From assembly GCA_964016885.1 (NCBI GenBank), contig OZ024743.1, positions 171,864,001-171,928,000 on the forward strand: a stretch of DNA of 64,000 nt. Direction: 5' to 3'. A program made the position numbers and the translations under genes. Within the stretch, counting starts at the first letter, position 1, and each line of letters opens with the position of its first letter. This document shows positions 1 to 14,560 of this stretch, in pieces. Below the pieces are notes generated by a model. The model saw only the letters and a program-made list of their open reading frames with translations, ran no database searches and had not been told where the DNA came from. Source of the stretch: Eledone cirrhosa. Lineage: Eukaryota.

Positions 1-67
<67 letters not shown>
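1..67. repeat. (TA)n microsatellite
   Basis: Direct dinucleotide run. Similar runs at about 310-418, 7755-7821, 9315-9370, 22627-22695, 30349-30412, 47438-47512 and 50880-50927. Confidence 0.98.
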
Positions 68-70
<3 letters not shown>

Positions 71-157
71 ATAATAATAAATTTGAAGACTAAAATCCAA
101 AGAGGGCTCGATAAGGATAAATATATATCCAATATATAAGAAGCGTAGAGCAAATAT

Positions 158-305
158 TTATTAAAATAACAGATTAAAGTTTAAGCAAAGAATCGCTGCT
201 TTCATCTTTAACGGGATCTTCTGAAACTAACTCTTTGTTAGTTTCAGAAGATCCCGTTAAGGGTGAAAGCAGCGATTCTTTGCTTAAACTTTAATCTGTT
301 ATTTT

Positions 306-310
<5 letters not shown>
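158..310. repeat. Fold-back palindrome, 74-bp arms with 5-nt loop
   Basis: 158-231 is the reverse complement of 237-310 with 2 mismatches; loop TCTTT. Confidence 0.95.
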
Positions 311-399
<89 letters not shown>

Positions 400-419
400 A
401 TATATATATATATATATAA

Positions 420-640
420 AGTTGAAACAGACAGAAGGCTAAACAATGCAATGAAGGGCCGGAGTGTGCTAATTGTATGTTTAGTTCTTCTTTGCGGATC
501 GCAATGTGGATAGCTCTGCGGATAGCTGTGGTTATTCTTTCCCTGAAATGTGGTAATTTCATGAAGCAGGTGTTAGAGAAGGTCTTATGTCTGCGACGTC
601 TTCGATTCTTCAGTTGATTTATTGTTGGTGTTGGGTATTA
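420..640 (-). mobile_element. Penelope-like element fragment (RT thumb/linker)
   Basis: Translation KLPHFRERITTAIRRA...IQLAHSGPSL matches KLLHFNEETTTAIRRA...PLAHSGPSL of the PLE at 12446-14010. Confidence 0.8.
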
Positions 641-1907
641 GTTCGTTGATACACACACATTATGCTTTTACTATCTTAGTCATATTGCTGTATTAAGTTC
701 GCTTTCCAATCCCAACGTGCTGGGTTCTAATCCTACATGCGTTCCTATAGATAGTTATTTCTCCAAAGTTACACATATATTTAATCCTGTATGTCATATG
801 TCTATATACGCTGAAAATTTATGTAATCATCTCCTAGAAATATATTATTAACATATCATTCTTAACGTTAATCGATTACACATATCAGCAATCAACATAA
901 ACTATAGGACTTCTCTAATGAAAAAGAATAATTTAACAAAACGCAAATTTCTTAGTTTGTGTGGTTGTCCTTATATCCAGAAATCCAGTTATATATGACA
1001 TACCAATGCTGGACTCCAAAACTAAATACGTTCAACAACATTGCAGTCATTATTGACGACATGGGTCTACTATTATTGATTAAATTGCATGCAATCCGTA
1101 CATTGGTGATTACACAATCAAATCAGAGTAGAACATATTTGTCTCATGCTAATCACCGAAATTCATTAATTCCACAGTCAGAGTTCAATCATTTTCTAAT
1201 CTCTTTTAATATAATACACACACACACACACACACACGCATGCATGTGTGTGTGTTTACATACAAAGTCTGTAACATTGAAGGGCAACCAAAATGGAGTG
1301 GACCACCCCGCACTCCATTGGGATTTTACTAATTACACTGTGTAACACATTTTTTTGTTCCCCGGTTCTACGTGTCATTTCATGGTTTGTTATATCCCAT
1401 TATTATTTTTAAAAAAAACACTATTATTTAATCAGAAGTTCGGGCTTGTGGTAAGGAGTTTGATATTTCGAAATTTTCATATGTTTCAAGAAAAAACACA
1501 TTTTTTTAAATTTATCAGTTCATATAATTAAATTAATAGAGTATATATATATTTTATTACACAAGCTTATCAAAAGCAGCAAACAAGTAAAAACAAATAA
1601 CACTTATAAAGCAACTTATACACGTCAGAAATGACTGGATTTCATGGATTTGCGGTCGTAGGGTTGTACGTATGGGTTTACCGAACATTTATTATAATGA
1701 TTGAACGTCTGAAAGTATATACTTACCTTATGCATATTAATGGCTGAGCCATTAGAAATGAAAGTTCGTTTCATTTTTTTCCATTTATCGTATTCGGTGC
1801 GCCCGGCCGATTAACTCACTCGATATTCAAATTAGGCTGCTGAGACATTAATATGCATAAGGAAAGTATATATTTTCAGACGTTCAATCATCTGGCAGGA
1901 AGGTATA

Positions 1908-1948
1908 CGGTGCTGACGATAGCTAATAAGCTTGAAACTAGTACATCG
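1908..1948 (+). ncRNA. Minimal type I hammerhead ribozyme, copy 1
   Basis: CGGTG-CTGACGA-TAGCTaataAGCTT-GAAA-CTA-GTA-CATCG. Stem I is CGGTG/CATCG, stem III is the palindrome ACTAGT, predicted cut after GTA (1943). Confidence 0.85.
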
Positions 1949-2332
1949 TTACTTTGTCAGTGTTGAACAAAAGGGCAACGATAGTTGCTAAACACTGTAC
2001 GGCTTAATTCGCGATGTTTGTTTACAAACAAACCGAGCATTATAATAAATGTTCGGTAAATCCATACGTACATATATGTGTGCATGTATGTATATACATA
2101 CATACTATTGTATGTATGTATACATATATGTATGTACGTATACATACTTATATTTAAGTTACAGCCGTACTAAGAGTGAGAAATGAAATTTCGTTTCATT
2201 TTTTGCCATTTATCGTTTTCGGTGCGCCCTGCCGATTAACTCACTCGATATGCAAATTAGGCTGCTGAGCCATTAATATGCATAAGGAAAGTATATACTT
2301 TCAGACGTTCAATCATCTGGCAGGAAGGTATA

Positions 2333-2373
2333 CGGTGCTGACGATAGCTAATAAGCTTGAAACTAGTACATCG
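2333..2373 (+). ncRNA. Minimal type I hammerhead ribozyme, copy 2
   Basis: Identical to 1908-1948; predicted cut after 2368. Confidence 0.85.
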
Positions 2374-2912
2374 TTTTTTTGTCAGTGTTGAACAAAAGGG
2401 CAACGATGGTTGCTAAACACTGTACCGCTTAATTCGGGATGTTTGTTTACAAACAAACCGAGCATTATTATAAATGTTCGGTAAATCCATACGTACATAT
2501 ATATATGTGGAAACTAGCACCTATACTACTATTATCATTACTTGCCTTCATTATCATCCATATTATCCTTATTACCTTATTTACCCCCAGTTATTTTTAT
2601 AAATGTGTATATATATATATCCTTATATATATGTTTCTTTTATATATTTTACATATATCACTTGTTGCACATAACTTGATAACTTATACCTTTGCCAGTC
2701 TCATCTTTATTCACACCTTCCTTTATGGTGTATATTTTACTTTATTTTTTATCTATTTTTTATCTATTTTTTATCTATTTTTTATCTATTTTTTATCTAT
2801 TTTTTATCTATTTTTTATCTATTTTTTATCTATTTTTATCTCTTAACTTCTTTTAAAAAATTTTTTTACCATGCATTTTATAATTTTTATATTCTTATTC
2901 CTTTATTGTTTA

Positions 2913-3722
2913 CTAGCAGTAAAGCCCGGCGTTGCTCGGGGTCGCTCAGTAGCTGTGTTAAAGTTACAATGTTAAGTTTCTTTTTTGGCTTAAAAACTGT
3001 AGTGTCTACTGTGCAGACTTGCATGTGGTGTTTTTGATTAATATTCCCTCAACCAACAATATGCCTTATGAAGTTAAGAAAACATAACGATAACCCGAAT
3101 GTTATAACAAAAGAGGATGCTGGGGATAAAAACTGCACTGGTTATTTATTAACAAAGATCGAAAATGTAAACACTGCAACGCAGAGAAAAACATTAGCGT
3201 AACCAAATTATCAGTTATGTCTGTCTGCACGCCTATATCACCTCTCTGCACGACTGTCTGCACGCCTGAAATATTTGCTTGTTTTACGTAGTCTTTAAAT
3301 AGACTTGTTTTCAAGTAAAAATATTGTTTTAAAATGCTTTTAAATGGAAATGAAGCAAAACGGAAGCTTAGTGTTCGAACTGATGAATTTTGCAGGTCAA
3401 TATTTTGCTGGCTCGACAACTGTTCGTGTATTGTGTTAATGTCATTTTAAACGCTGAGAAAGCCAGCGTAATTTTTTACGTAAGACGCTCAATGTAAACG
3501 GAACAAAGGGAAATAACTGATAACTTACGCTCAAAAATCGATACATTATATTCGATTTCGTCACATAGGGTGGGTCAATTTGAAATATTTTTTTCCGATG
3601 TCTTCGCTAGGGCTCAATGTACAAGTATAGCAATTTCGGTGCAATTCCGTGAGAGATTCTAAGAGGAGATGTGTGCCAAAAATCGATAGACAGACAGACA
3701 ACCACAGTTTTATATATATAGA
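2913..3722 (-). mobile_element. Non-autonomous Helitron (~810 bp)
   Basis: Minus strand starts TC (TCTATATATATAAAACTG) and ends CTAG, preceded by the GC hairpin CCCGAGCAACGCCGGG; inserted between A and T with no TSD; (GACA)n near the 5' end. Confidence 0.85.
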
Positions 3723-4273
3723 TTTCTCATCCATTACGGTGTACTCCTTATGAGTTTCCTACCATGTATGTTCCTTCAGTTATTTGTCCTTATGTTCCCA
3801 TATTTTTATATGTTTTTATAATTTATTATATTCCTTTATATTGTACTCCTCCATGTTATATGTCATCGTTTCTACTATTATTGCTATATTTTGTCACAGT
3901 ATGGAGTATGTGCCCATCCGGTTATGATATGTTATTTGTATTAGTGTATACTTTCTGTATTGCATATGGGTGCTCATGCTTATACGTATACTTTTATGTG
4001 AGTGTATGCATACGTAGCTGTGTGTTAACCAATCACATCATTGCTTCCATGATTGCCGGTCATAGTATAACCCTACCCAACTGTGAGTGATAACATTTTA
4101 GATCCGTATCCTTATTAGTATATTCCTCATATTTTATTTATTATTTTTTATCCTTTATTCCTTATCTCTTACATGAAAAATACTTTAAATTCCTCCCACC
4201 TTATGATATCCCCACATTATATTCTTCTGTTTTGGATTTGTTAATGCTTCTATACTCTGTATCTACTCTTTAA

Positions 4274-4317
4274 GCTCTGAAGAGTCCCATTTTTAGTGTG
4301 GACGAAACATTGTCAGC
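4274..4317 (+). ncRNA. Minimal type I hammerhead ribozyme at the end of an AT-rich PLE-like 3' region
   Basis: GCT-CTGAAGA-GTCC..GGAC-GAAAC-ATT-GTC-AGC: intact core, stem I GCT/AGC, followed by AATTAAA. Confidence 0.8.
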
Positions 4318-4902
4318 AATTAAAGATATACCTATGTTCTAAGCGCTCTTTGTTGTTAATTGTATATATATGTGTGCATGTATGTATATATATACATACT
4401 ACTGTACGTCTGTATACATATATGGATTACAGCCAGGTCCCTGCTGCTGGGCCAGGGAGCATCTGCTGGGTGAGAGTCTGTCACATGACTTCCAGTCTCC
4501 AATTTACCGTTATTCGAGCTGTTTAGATTCGTCATTTAAACACTCATATCGAGGATTGGTGAATATATGGTTACATAACCACCGGTAATTTCATCACCCC
4601 CAGTGATTTGATCACCTCCGGTGATTTTAGCGTGGCACTATCACGCTGTAAATAAGTAAACAAATAAATAGGTAAAAACTTTAAAAAATAAACATAAGTT
4701 TCATTATAATGTAATGTTTGAATGTCTGACTTAGTTCTTTTGTTTGTTTGTTTGCTTGTTTTTCTTTTCTTTACGTTTTTCGTTGCTGCTGTGCTGATTT
4801 GATTTTTGATATTTTGATTTTAGCTTCATGAGAAGTAGGGCTGTTGCGTTCAAAACTTTATAAATTTGTTTCGACTTGTTGCTTATCATTATTATTATTA
4901 TC

Positions 4903-5110
4903 AGCCGAGGTTAACTTTGCCCTCCATCCCCATGGGGTCGACAAGACAAAGCACCAGCAATGCACTGGGCAATTGCCGGCCATGTGCCAAAAGTAGCAAC
5001 AATTTTGATTATTATTATATTATACGGGGTCGATAAAATAAAGCACCAGCAATGCACTGGGCAATTGCCGGCCCTGCGCCAAAGAAAGAAAGAAAAATAG
5101 AAACAATTAT
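4903..5110 (+). mobile_element. Two tandem 5'-truncated SINE copies
   Basis: GCCGAGGTTAACTTTGCC...GGGGTCGA...CACCAGCAATGCACTGGG...GTGCCAAAAG matches the 3' part of the window's SINE family. Confidence 0.8.
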
Positions 5111-5715
5111 AATTATTATATTATAGTTTAGATTTGACATCGTTTAAACTAAACACTTTGAGGGTGTTTTAGAGGTACAGCAGCAATAATGTTTTTATTG
5201 TTGCCTCTGACCGGGTCATCAAATCAGTCTATTTATATCTTTTGATACCTCCCTCACTTAGTGGGAATACTACTATCCCTCTGTCTTAACAGAAGGATGT
5301 GGGAGAGAATATCGGCGGTAGCGATAATGATGCAGTGGTGGTGGTGGTGGTGGTGATGTGATAGTAGTACTGTAGTGATGGTGTTGAAGTAACAGTTGGT
5401 TTGGCTAGATTTTTTGTGTGGTAGTGGTGATGGTGGTGGCGGCGGTGGCGGTGTTGGTGGTGAATTTATTTGCCTGTTTGTACACGTAGCCTTTTTCCTT
5501 TTTTTGACTATAACATTTCTGATACAAAATTAAATATTAAATATTGGGGCCCTATGCCATAATGTGATGCGTTGTCACTTGCTGAGAGCCAAAACTGTAA
5601 TCTTGTTCCATTTGTAATAAGAATTATTCTATCACAGTTGTTTTAAATACGTAAAAATCAAAAACTTACGGGAGCGATTCCATAACACTATATCCTCCAT
5701 GTGCGTTTGCTTCCC

Positions 5716-5770
<55 letters not shown>

Positions 5771-5786
5771 GTTGTTGTTATTACTA

Positions 5787-5932
5787 TTTGAGTCTCAGTC
5801 ATTGATGTTAGTTAACTGGAAAGTTTGTTGAAATGAATATCAAGCCACTACCTGCAGCCTCAGATATTCAGGACGTATCGGAGGGTTCTTGCTGTTCCCA
5901 GGAAGCATGCCTTTTGAAGCGTTCCAAAAAGC

Positions 5933-5934
<2 letters not shown>
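5787..5934 (-). mobile_element. R4/Dong-type LINE 3' terminal fragment within (ATT)n
   Basis: Reverse complement of about 15485-15632; (ATT)n runs on both sides. Confidence 0.9.
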
Positions 5935-5968
<34 letters not shown>

Positions 5969-5987
5969 GTATTAGTATTATTATTAT

Positions 5988-7576
5988 CATCGAGGCGATC
6001 GGCACTACACTAAGAGAATACGAAGCGGTGACAGGAACAATGATCAACCAGGAAAAGTCAGTGGGCCTGCAGCTCGGCACCTGGAGAGGCAGGTCCATGC
6101 CGTCCAACAGCGTCGTAGGGCGCTGGACGGACGGACCGGTTAAATTGCTAAGGGTCTGGTTCGGTCCGGACCTCCAGACGGACAAAAACTGGGACGAGGT
6201 GACGAGCAGGGTGGCTTCTCTCACCCAGAAATGGGCCGAGAGGAAGCTATCTCTGAAAGGTCGAGCGGAGGTGGCTAACGCGTACATCGCGTCCCTCATC
6301 TACTACCGCCTGACCGTCGTACCTTGTCCTAAGCCCCGCCTGACTGCGCTGGAGCGTTTGCTCTTTCGCTTTTTGTGGAAGGGACGCGCTCCGATCGTCA
6401 GGCGGTCCATCTGCTGTCAACACCCGCTACGTGGAGGGCTGGGCATGCCATGGCTGATGATGCGCAGACACGCGCTCAGGCTACGACATCTCCACCTCTT
6501 CCTCGACGGTGATCAGGTGTGGTCGCCGTTTGCTAGACGCGTCTTTCCCCAGCTCGTCTCCTTGACGGAGCTGCAGTCCTGGGTCAAGCGAAGACCGAGA
6601 GGGAGCGCGTGGAGACTGGAATGTCTTCAGGCGCTCACAGCCCTCGACCAATCGGGCAATGTGATCGGTGGAAACTCCACCTTGGCGTTCTATAGAGGAT
6701 TAGTGGAGGGGAAGAGCGACGACGTAGTTGGGGAAAATCTAGACGTCGACGAAAATCAACTAGCCAATCTCTTCGGAAGAACTTTCGGGCCGAGGCCTAT
6801 GTACAACTTCCAGAAATCCCTGGCCTGGCAGTGCTACCGAGGAGCTTTGCCAGTTCGGGATAAACTCTACAGGCATGGAGGTGCCGTCAGCCGGGCATGT
6901 CCGAGATGCGCGCAGAGCGACGAAACCGACCTGCACGCACTCGTCCAGTGTCCGAGCATTGCTGACTTGTGGGTTTATGTCGAACACCTGCTGTCGCGTG
7001 TAGGACGGATCCAGCTATCAGCTGAGTCCATCGTGAGGATTGCCCCGCCCTCTTACTTTAGCCGGGAAGGCAGGCAGTTTTTATCTGTCTGATGGCCATG
7101 GCGAAAGAGATAGTATGGTGGACACGTTTGAAAGGGCTGAAGACGAGCACTTACCTTTTCGGTGATGCCCTGATTAACTTTTTCAAATTTCATTTGAAAA
7201 GGAAAATCAGGGTAGAGAGGGAAGTTCTCTCTTCCCAGCATTTTGTTGAAAGATGGGAGAGAGAGGCAAGAATGGCCCGAGTGAATGGGCCTACTCTGAG
7301 TATGTGTCTGTAAATTAAAGGTGGAAAACTGGGAGAGGGCACTTGCCCTGGTGGTCAGGGTCACTGTGGCTTTTTAATGGGCTTTCTCCACGAATGTCCC
7401 TCGGAAGTCTCCCCCTATTGGGGAATTTTTTCATTGTTCTATTATTACATCCTCTGTTTTTTTACACGCAGAAATGCTCTTTTGTACCGTCCTGTATTAT
7501 CCTGTACTGTCCTTAATGTCTACTTTGTATAAACCCTTGTGGTTAATAAAGAAAGCATTATTATTATTATTATTAT
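5988..7576 (+). mobile_element. 5'-truncated Tx1/L1-clade LINE (ORF2 C-terminal part, 3' UTR, (ATT)n tail)
   Basis: RT C-terminus (INQEKS, LSLKGR, GGLG), C-terminal CPRC-x8-H-x4-C zinc knuckle, and AATAAA followed by (ATT)n. Confidence 0.9.
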
Positions 7577-7750
7577 TTTTACTATTATATCTGGAGAGGG
7601 TCATATTGTTATACTATTGCCAAAAATCATAAAACACACTCACTGTTTGGTTTGGATTGGTTTTCGCCTATGTACCTTTTATATCTCCATAGTTAATTTA
7701 TCTGGCAATCAATGTTTGTCATTGATTGACCAACGGTTATAAATATAGAT

Positions 7751-7821
<71 letters not shown>

Positions 7822-7825
<4 letters not shown>

Positions 7826-7896
7826 GTGACATCATCAGTGGTACTATTATGTTTCCTCCCGTTGTATTGTAATGTCTACGCCATTTTTTATTTTTT

Positions 7897-7951
<55 letters not shown>

Positions 7952-9300
7952 TCTATTATTGTCTCTGTTTCTGTTTTCGCATGCGCTTGCATGTGTGTTT
8001 TTTGTTTGGTGTGTGTGTTGGTGTTTGAGTCTATGTTTTTGTATTCTATCTTTGTTCACAAGTGTGTGTTTATATATGTTTGTTGTTATTGTACTTGTGT
8101 ATCTATCTATTTATTTATTTATATATACCTTAGATCAGTATTGTGTGTTTGGGTATGGTTGTTGTTATTCCATTCGTTTTCTGTTCAACTTTGGTTTTCT
8201 AAGTTCTATTTCAGTTGCTTCGCTGATTTGTCTACCTGTTGAGTCATTTCTATGTTTAAATATTATTTTAATTTTTATGTTGTCTATATTACCATCATGT
8301 CTTTGTCTGGCGTGTTCATATAGTACTGAACCGTCCTTTTGTCCTTTTAGTACCCACCAGTGTTGGTCTAATCTTTCTCCTATGCTTCGAGCTGTCTCAC
8401 CTATGTATGTCGTTGTCATGTTTCTGCAAGTACCCTCTGTACATCTTATGCTATAGACTACATTTCTAATCTTACAATTTATTTGAGGGTTCATTCTACA
8501 TATAACACATTTCTTATTCGTAGAGTGGGTTTTCTTAAAGGGGTATGTTTTGCTGATCAGGGATTTTATCGTAGTTCCTGGCTTTTCTACCACTTCAATC
8601 TTTAGATGGCTCTTTCTAAGGACCTTTCTAAATTGGTTAGCTAATTTCCCTCCAGCGGTAGCATCTACGAGCATGACACTCTGGTATCTCTGGTTGTCGT
8701 ACCATTAAGTGGCTTTCCCTATCTTATATTTAGTCCTATATAAGCTATTCCATGATTTGCTCCTGTATAATGGGCAAATTACTTTCATGTCTATTTCTAT
8801 GAGGGTCTTATATTTCTCCGTTGCTCCTTTGTATACTCTGATTCTGTCTCATCGGTTGTAACCAGAGAACTGCAAGCGATTGATGAAGTGTTGGATGTGT
8901 CTTTCTATTTCAGTTGGGTCGCTCATGCGGGACACATTCTTCATCACTCTTACCAAGTCAGCGATCAGAATATTAAACTTTGCACTATTGGACATTGCTA
9001 AGTTTTTTAGTATAATTATTTGGTGGCCATAAGTTTAGCATAATGTGAGTGGAGAATTTGGGTCCTCTCGTTTATAGTGTTTTACCAGAGTTCGCGTCTA
9101 ATACTGGTAGTCTACTGTTAGGGCGTTTGGAAAGGCAGTCAATAGTTATAGTTACACTCCGATGTATGGAGTTAGCTATCTGCTGGATGCGCTCCATTGT
9201 GCTATTTTTTTAGTTCAGATTTATTGGTACTCTCTTGTGGGGGTGTTATTATTACTTTATTGATATCGTCTACGTAACGAGAGTACATGACGAGGGCTAC
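7822..9300 (-). mobile_element. Penelope-like element remnant (RT C-terminus plus GIY-YIG endonuclease)
   Basis: ORF 8165-8674 has NVVYSIRC...YIGETARSIGERLDQH...EA..I...P.LN; the minus strand near 9270-9285 reads YSRYVDD; flanked by (TA)n. Confidence 0.85.
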
Positions 9301-9308
9301 ATATATAT

Positions 9309-9374
<66 letters not shown>

Positions 9375-9889
9375 GAGATACTGTTTACTGTTTCTCTAGT
9401 TCAGAGTTACAGTAACCTTTTCCGATGACTGTTTCAGCATATAGTGGTTATTGATTCAACAAGAGGCTTGCTTCCGGAGGTTGATCGCAGAGTTATACTT
9501 GGAGGGTTCCGTTATCAGTAATTCTTGGAGAATTTACAAATAGAAAATAAAGTTTTACACATATAAGCAATAAAGTAGGATTTATTTCTAGCCTTTATAT
9601 TTGTACCATTGCCGTATATGAGTGTTTTGTTTTGAAATCACTATTCTCAATAATAACAATATGACATATTTAACAATATATATATTGCGTCCGTGCATGC
9701 AACGCATGCAGTGAATGCGTTATAGAATCTGAATTGATCAATTGCGTCGGTTGAAGCAAGCAGAATTTTGGCTGCTTACTAAAACGTATAGACACAAAAA
9801 AGATAACACACACACACACAAACACATACACACAAACACACGACAGCTTTGGGGCAAGCAGAATTTTGAGTGCTTAGTAAAAAAAAATC

Positions 9890-12400
9890 CATATTGAAGA
9901 TAGGACGGAGCCATTCACACCTAAAAGACCGCACTTCAACCTGAAGGACCACAAATCTGAATTTATTTCGAACTCATCTATTAGACTGATATCCCCATCA
10001 AAATCTGATATTAGTACTATCAACAAGAAAATTATTGATCGAATCATCCCGCAGATTAGTAAATTTGTAACACTTCCATTATGGGATAACACTTCCCAGG
10101 TTGTTGAATGGTTCACTAACATCGAGAATAAAAACTCAGCTTCATTCATACAATTCGACATCGATTCTTACTATTCTTCGATTTCTCCAATTCTCTTAAA
10201 CAAAGCACTGATTTTCGCCAGAAATAGATCGGATTTATCTACTGAGGAAATCAACATCATAACAGACGCTAGAAAAACCTTACTAAACTTCCAAGAAGTA
10301 AGCTGGACAAGAAACACATATAACAACTTATTCGATATAACGATGAGATCCATGGACTCTGCTCAAGTTACAGACCTCGGACTATTTCTCCTCTATAATA
10401 TTCATTCCTCTTTTCCCTACCTCAAAGGTGGTCTTTATCGGGATGATTGTCTATTGATATCTTAGCAATTCTAATGTAGAGAAAAACAAAAAACAAATTA
10501 GAAAATTCCTCAAGGACAATTACAACCTTAATATCACCTTTGAAAACACCTCAAAAATAGCTAACTTCCTTGACATTACCTTAGACCTCTCTATGAATAT
10601 TTATCAACCTTACCACAAACCCAACCAGAATCTACACTATGTACATTCACGCTCTAACCACCCTGGCTCAAAAAATTAGTATATAACATATTTCTTAGAC
10701 TTTCTAAATTATCTTCCAATGAGGATATATATTATAAAAAATGCACCCTTCTACAACGAGGCCCTAACTAGAAGTGGATATAAAGAAAACATTTCATATA
10801 TCCCCAACACTACTATGGACAATACTACAAAACTTAGCAAAAACTACAAACACCAAAAAATACCATCGAAACAAATGCCTAATGGAGTCATTCCTATCAG
10901 ACCAAACAACCGAAAAAGCACAACTATTACTACACGATCTATGACCAATTTTAACAACTCACATATGACTACCAAACATTCAACCTCTCATAATCTACAT
11001 AATAATAACACCAAATACAACCACTGCAATTTACCAAAATCCACAAATACAAATACTAACCATAGGAACTCTTCTAGAACACAGCACATTAATATAAGTG
11101 AAAATAAGAACTTAACTAAAAACCGCAAAAGAAACATAACATGGTACAACGCACCCTTCAACCTGCAAACTATTGGACAAATCCCCAAAAAGTTCTTCGA
11201 AATTCTACATAAGCATTTTCCACCAAACCACAGATACCACCAAATATTTAACAGGTATACTGTTAAATTCTCATACTCTACAATCACCAACAGAAAATAA
11301 GCAACTACAACATTTATAAATTTAAAAATAATATGACCACACCACCACAACATAATTTAAAGAAGACTGCACCTTTTAAAAGGACAGATAATACAATTCT
11401 TCAACCTGGAAAACACAACCACACAAATCACCAACACAAAAACAACATAACACAAAATCACAATACAACCCCAGCAATAAGTCACCCACAAATCAGCACT
11501 CATTCTCTCTCTAACATTAATTACAATAAGGGTGGTGAATTGGCAGTATCGGTAGAGGGTCAGACGCCATGCTTTCTAGCATAGTTATGTCCCTTTATGA
11601 TCCGAGGTTATTTTGCCTTTCATCCTTACGGGGTCGATAAAATAAAGTACCAGTAATGTACTGGATAATTGCTGGCCTTGTGCCAAAAAGTAGAAACAAT
11701 TAATTACAATAAGAATGGCTCCAGGATTAATGAGAATTATGTAGGTACCTCCAATAACCATCTTACGTATGGTTGTAATTGCAGAAACAGAAGCGTTTTC
11801 TCCTTAAATGGCAAATGTTTGATTAATAATGTAATATATAAATGCACTGTGTCTACTACTGACTCCAACACATCGTATATAGGATCTACATCGAACACAT
11901 TTAAGAAAATATATTACGCACACTCCAGTAGCTTTAACAATACTAAACTAGCTAACACCACATCTTTAGCTGAAGCAGTAAATAACTATAAAAAGAAAAA
12001 AATAGATTTCAAGCTATCGTGGGATACCATTCTACAAAGAACTCCATATCTTGGGAACAGGAGAGAATGCAGATTATGTTCTGGAGAGATCTTGGAAATT
12101 ACTAAATCTAAGGACGATTTATTGAATAAAAGACAAGAACTGATTATAGCTTGTAATCACCGTGTACGAAAAACATTTAAGTACTATAAACCTAAATAAA
12201 CATTCTAAATAGCAGCTCACTATAGCTCTATGTGACGTACCTTTTTGTTAGTATCCCCTTCTCCTAATTATACGCCTTCCTGTTAATTTTTTAACCTTTT
12301 AATTTTTTAGCTTCCATAGATTCATGCGTTACTGACTAAGGGCATCAAGGTGCATAACCACCTGTAATTGCATGGGTATACATGTATCAATGTATGTATG
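9890..12400 (+). mobile_element. Penelope-like element, probably Hydra-type (C-terminal EN), degenerate and interrupted by a SINE
   Basis: An ATG-less open frame at 9893-10465 encodes RT motifs LKDHK, FIQFDI..YY.SI, FDITM.S.D.A and GGLYRDD; WYNAP at about 11140; CNC linker and VIYKC/YIGST GIY-YIG in ORF 11669-12199. Confidence 0.85.
11529..11700 (+). mobile_element. tRNA-derived SINE with 15-bp TSD
   Basis: TSD ATTAATTACAATAAG at 11516-11530 and 11699-11713; family core GCCTTTCATCCTTACGGGGTCGATAAAATAAAGTACCAGT. Confidence 0.92.
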
Positions 12401-12408
12401 ATAAGAGA

Positions 12409-14127
<1,719 letters not shown>

Positions 14128-14467
14128 CTGTATATACATGTATATGTATATATGTATGTATATGTATGTATATATATATGTACGTATGTGTGCGTGTATG
14201 TATATATATGTATATGTATATATCTATGTATGCGTATGTATGTTTTTAATTGAGTATCTATGTAATTATACCTATATCTATATATGTGAGTATATGTACT
14301 TTTGGGATCTAATAAAATTATGCGTTTTGGCTATATGTCAACATGCATTTATACATAGACACAATTGAAAATATTTACTATTTTAAATTTTATGATGCAT
14401 CATACGCTGTATTATACTATATACAATGTACCTTCCTGCACTATATTATATTACATTATATTGTTAA

Positions 14468-14560
14468 GGGCGGTGGATTGGCAGTATGAGTAGAGGATCG
14501 GTAGAGGAGCGGACACCATGCTTTGACGCATAGAGTTAGGGCCCTTGCCATTCTAAGTTA
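14468..14560 (+). mobile_element. SINE 5' (tRNA head) fragment truncated by a LINE
   Basis: GGGCGGTGGATTGGCAGTAT... matches the family head. Confidence 0.8.

Larger units (their letters stand above)
1665..2505 (+). repeat. Tandem ~425-bp hammerhead-containing repeat (2 copies) preceded by an inverted partial copy; PLE pseudo-LTR or retrozyme-like
   Basis: About 1754-2078 matches about 2179-2500; 1667-1747 is the reverse complement of parts of the unit; each direct copy contains an HHR. Confidence 0.85.

Noticed and set aside
1292-1319. 9-bp stem hairpin as a MITE end or terminator
   Set aside because: No partner TIR or TSD identified.
4570-4650. Three short CACC..GTGATTT repeats as a transposon terminus
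   Set aside because: No matching opposite end seen.
5833-7092. 419-aa ORF as an intact gene
   Set aside because: Chance fusion of antisense Dong 3' end, (ATT)n poly-Ile and a truncated Tx1 ORF2.
9400-9525. Possible minus-strand hammerhead (CTGATAA-CGGA...TCCG-GAAG, and GAAACAGTC further on)
   Set aside because: Two core mismatches and no consistent stems I/III.
12330-12375. CTGACTA at the PLE 3' end as an HHR
   Set aside because: Core mutated and no GAAA found.
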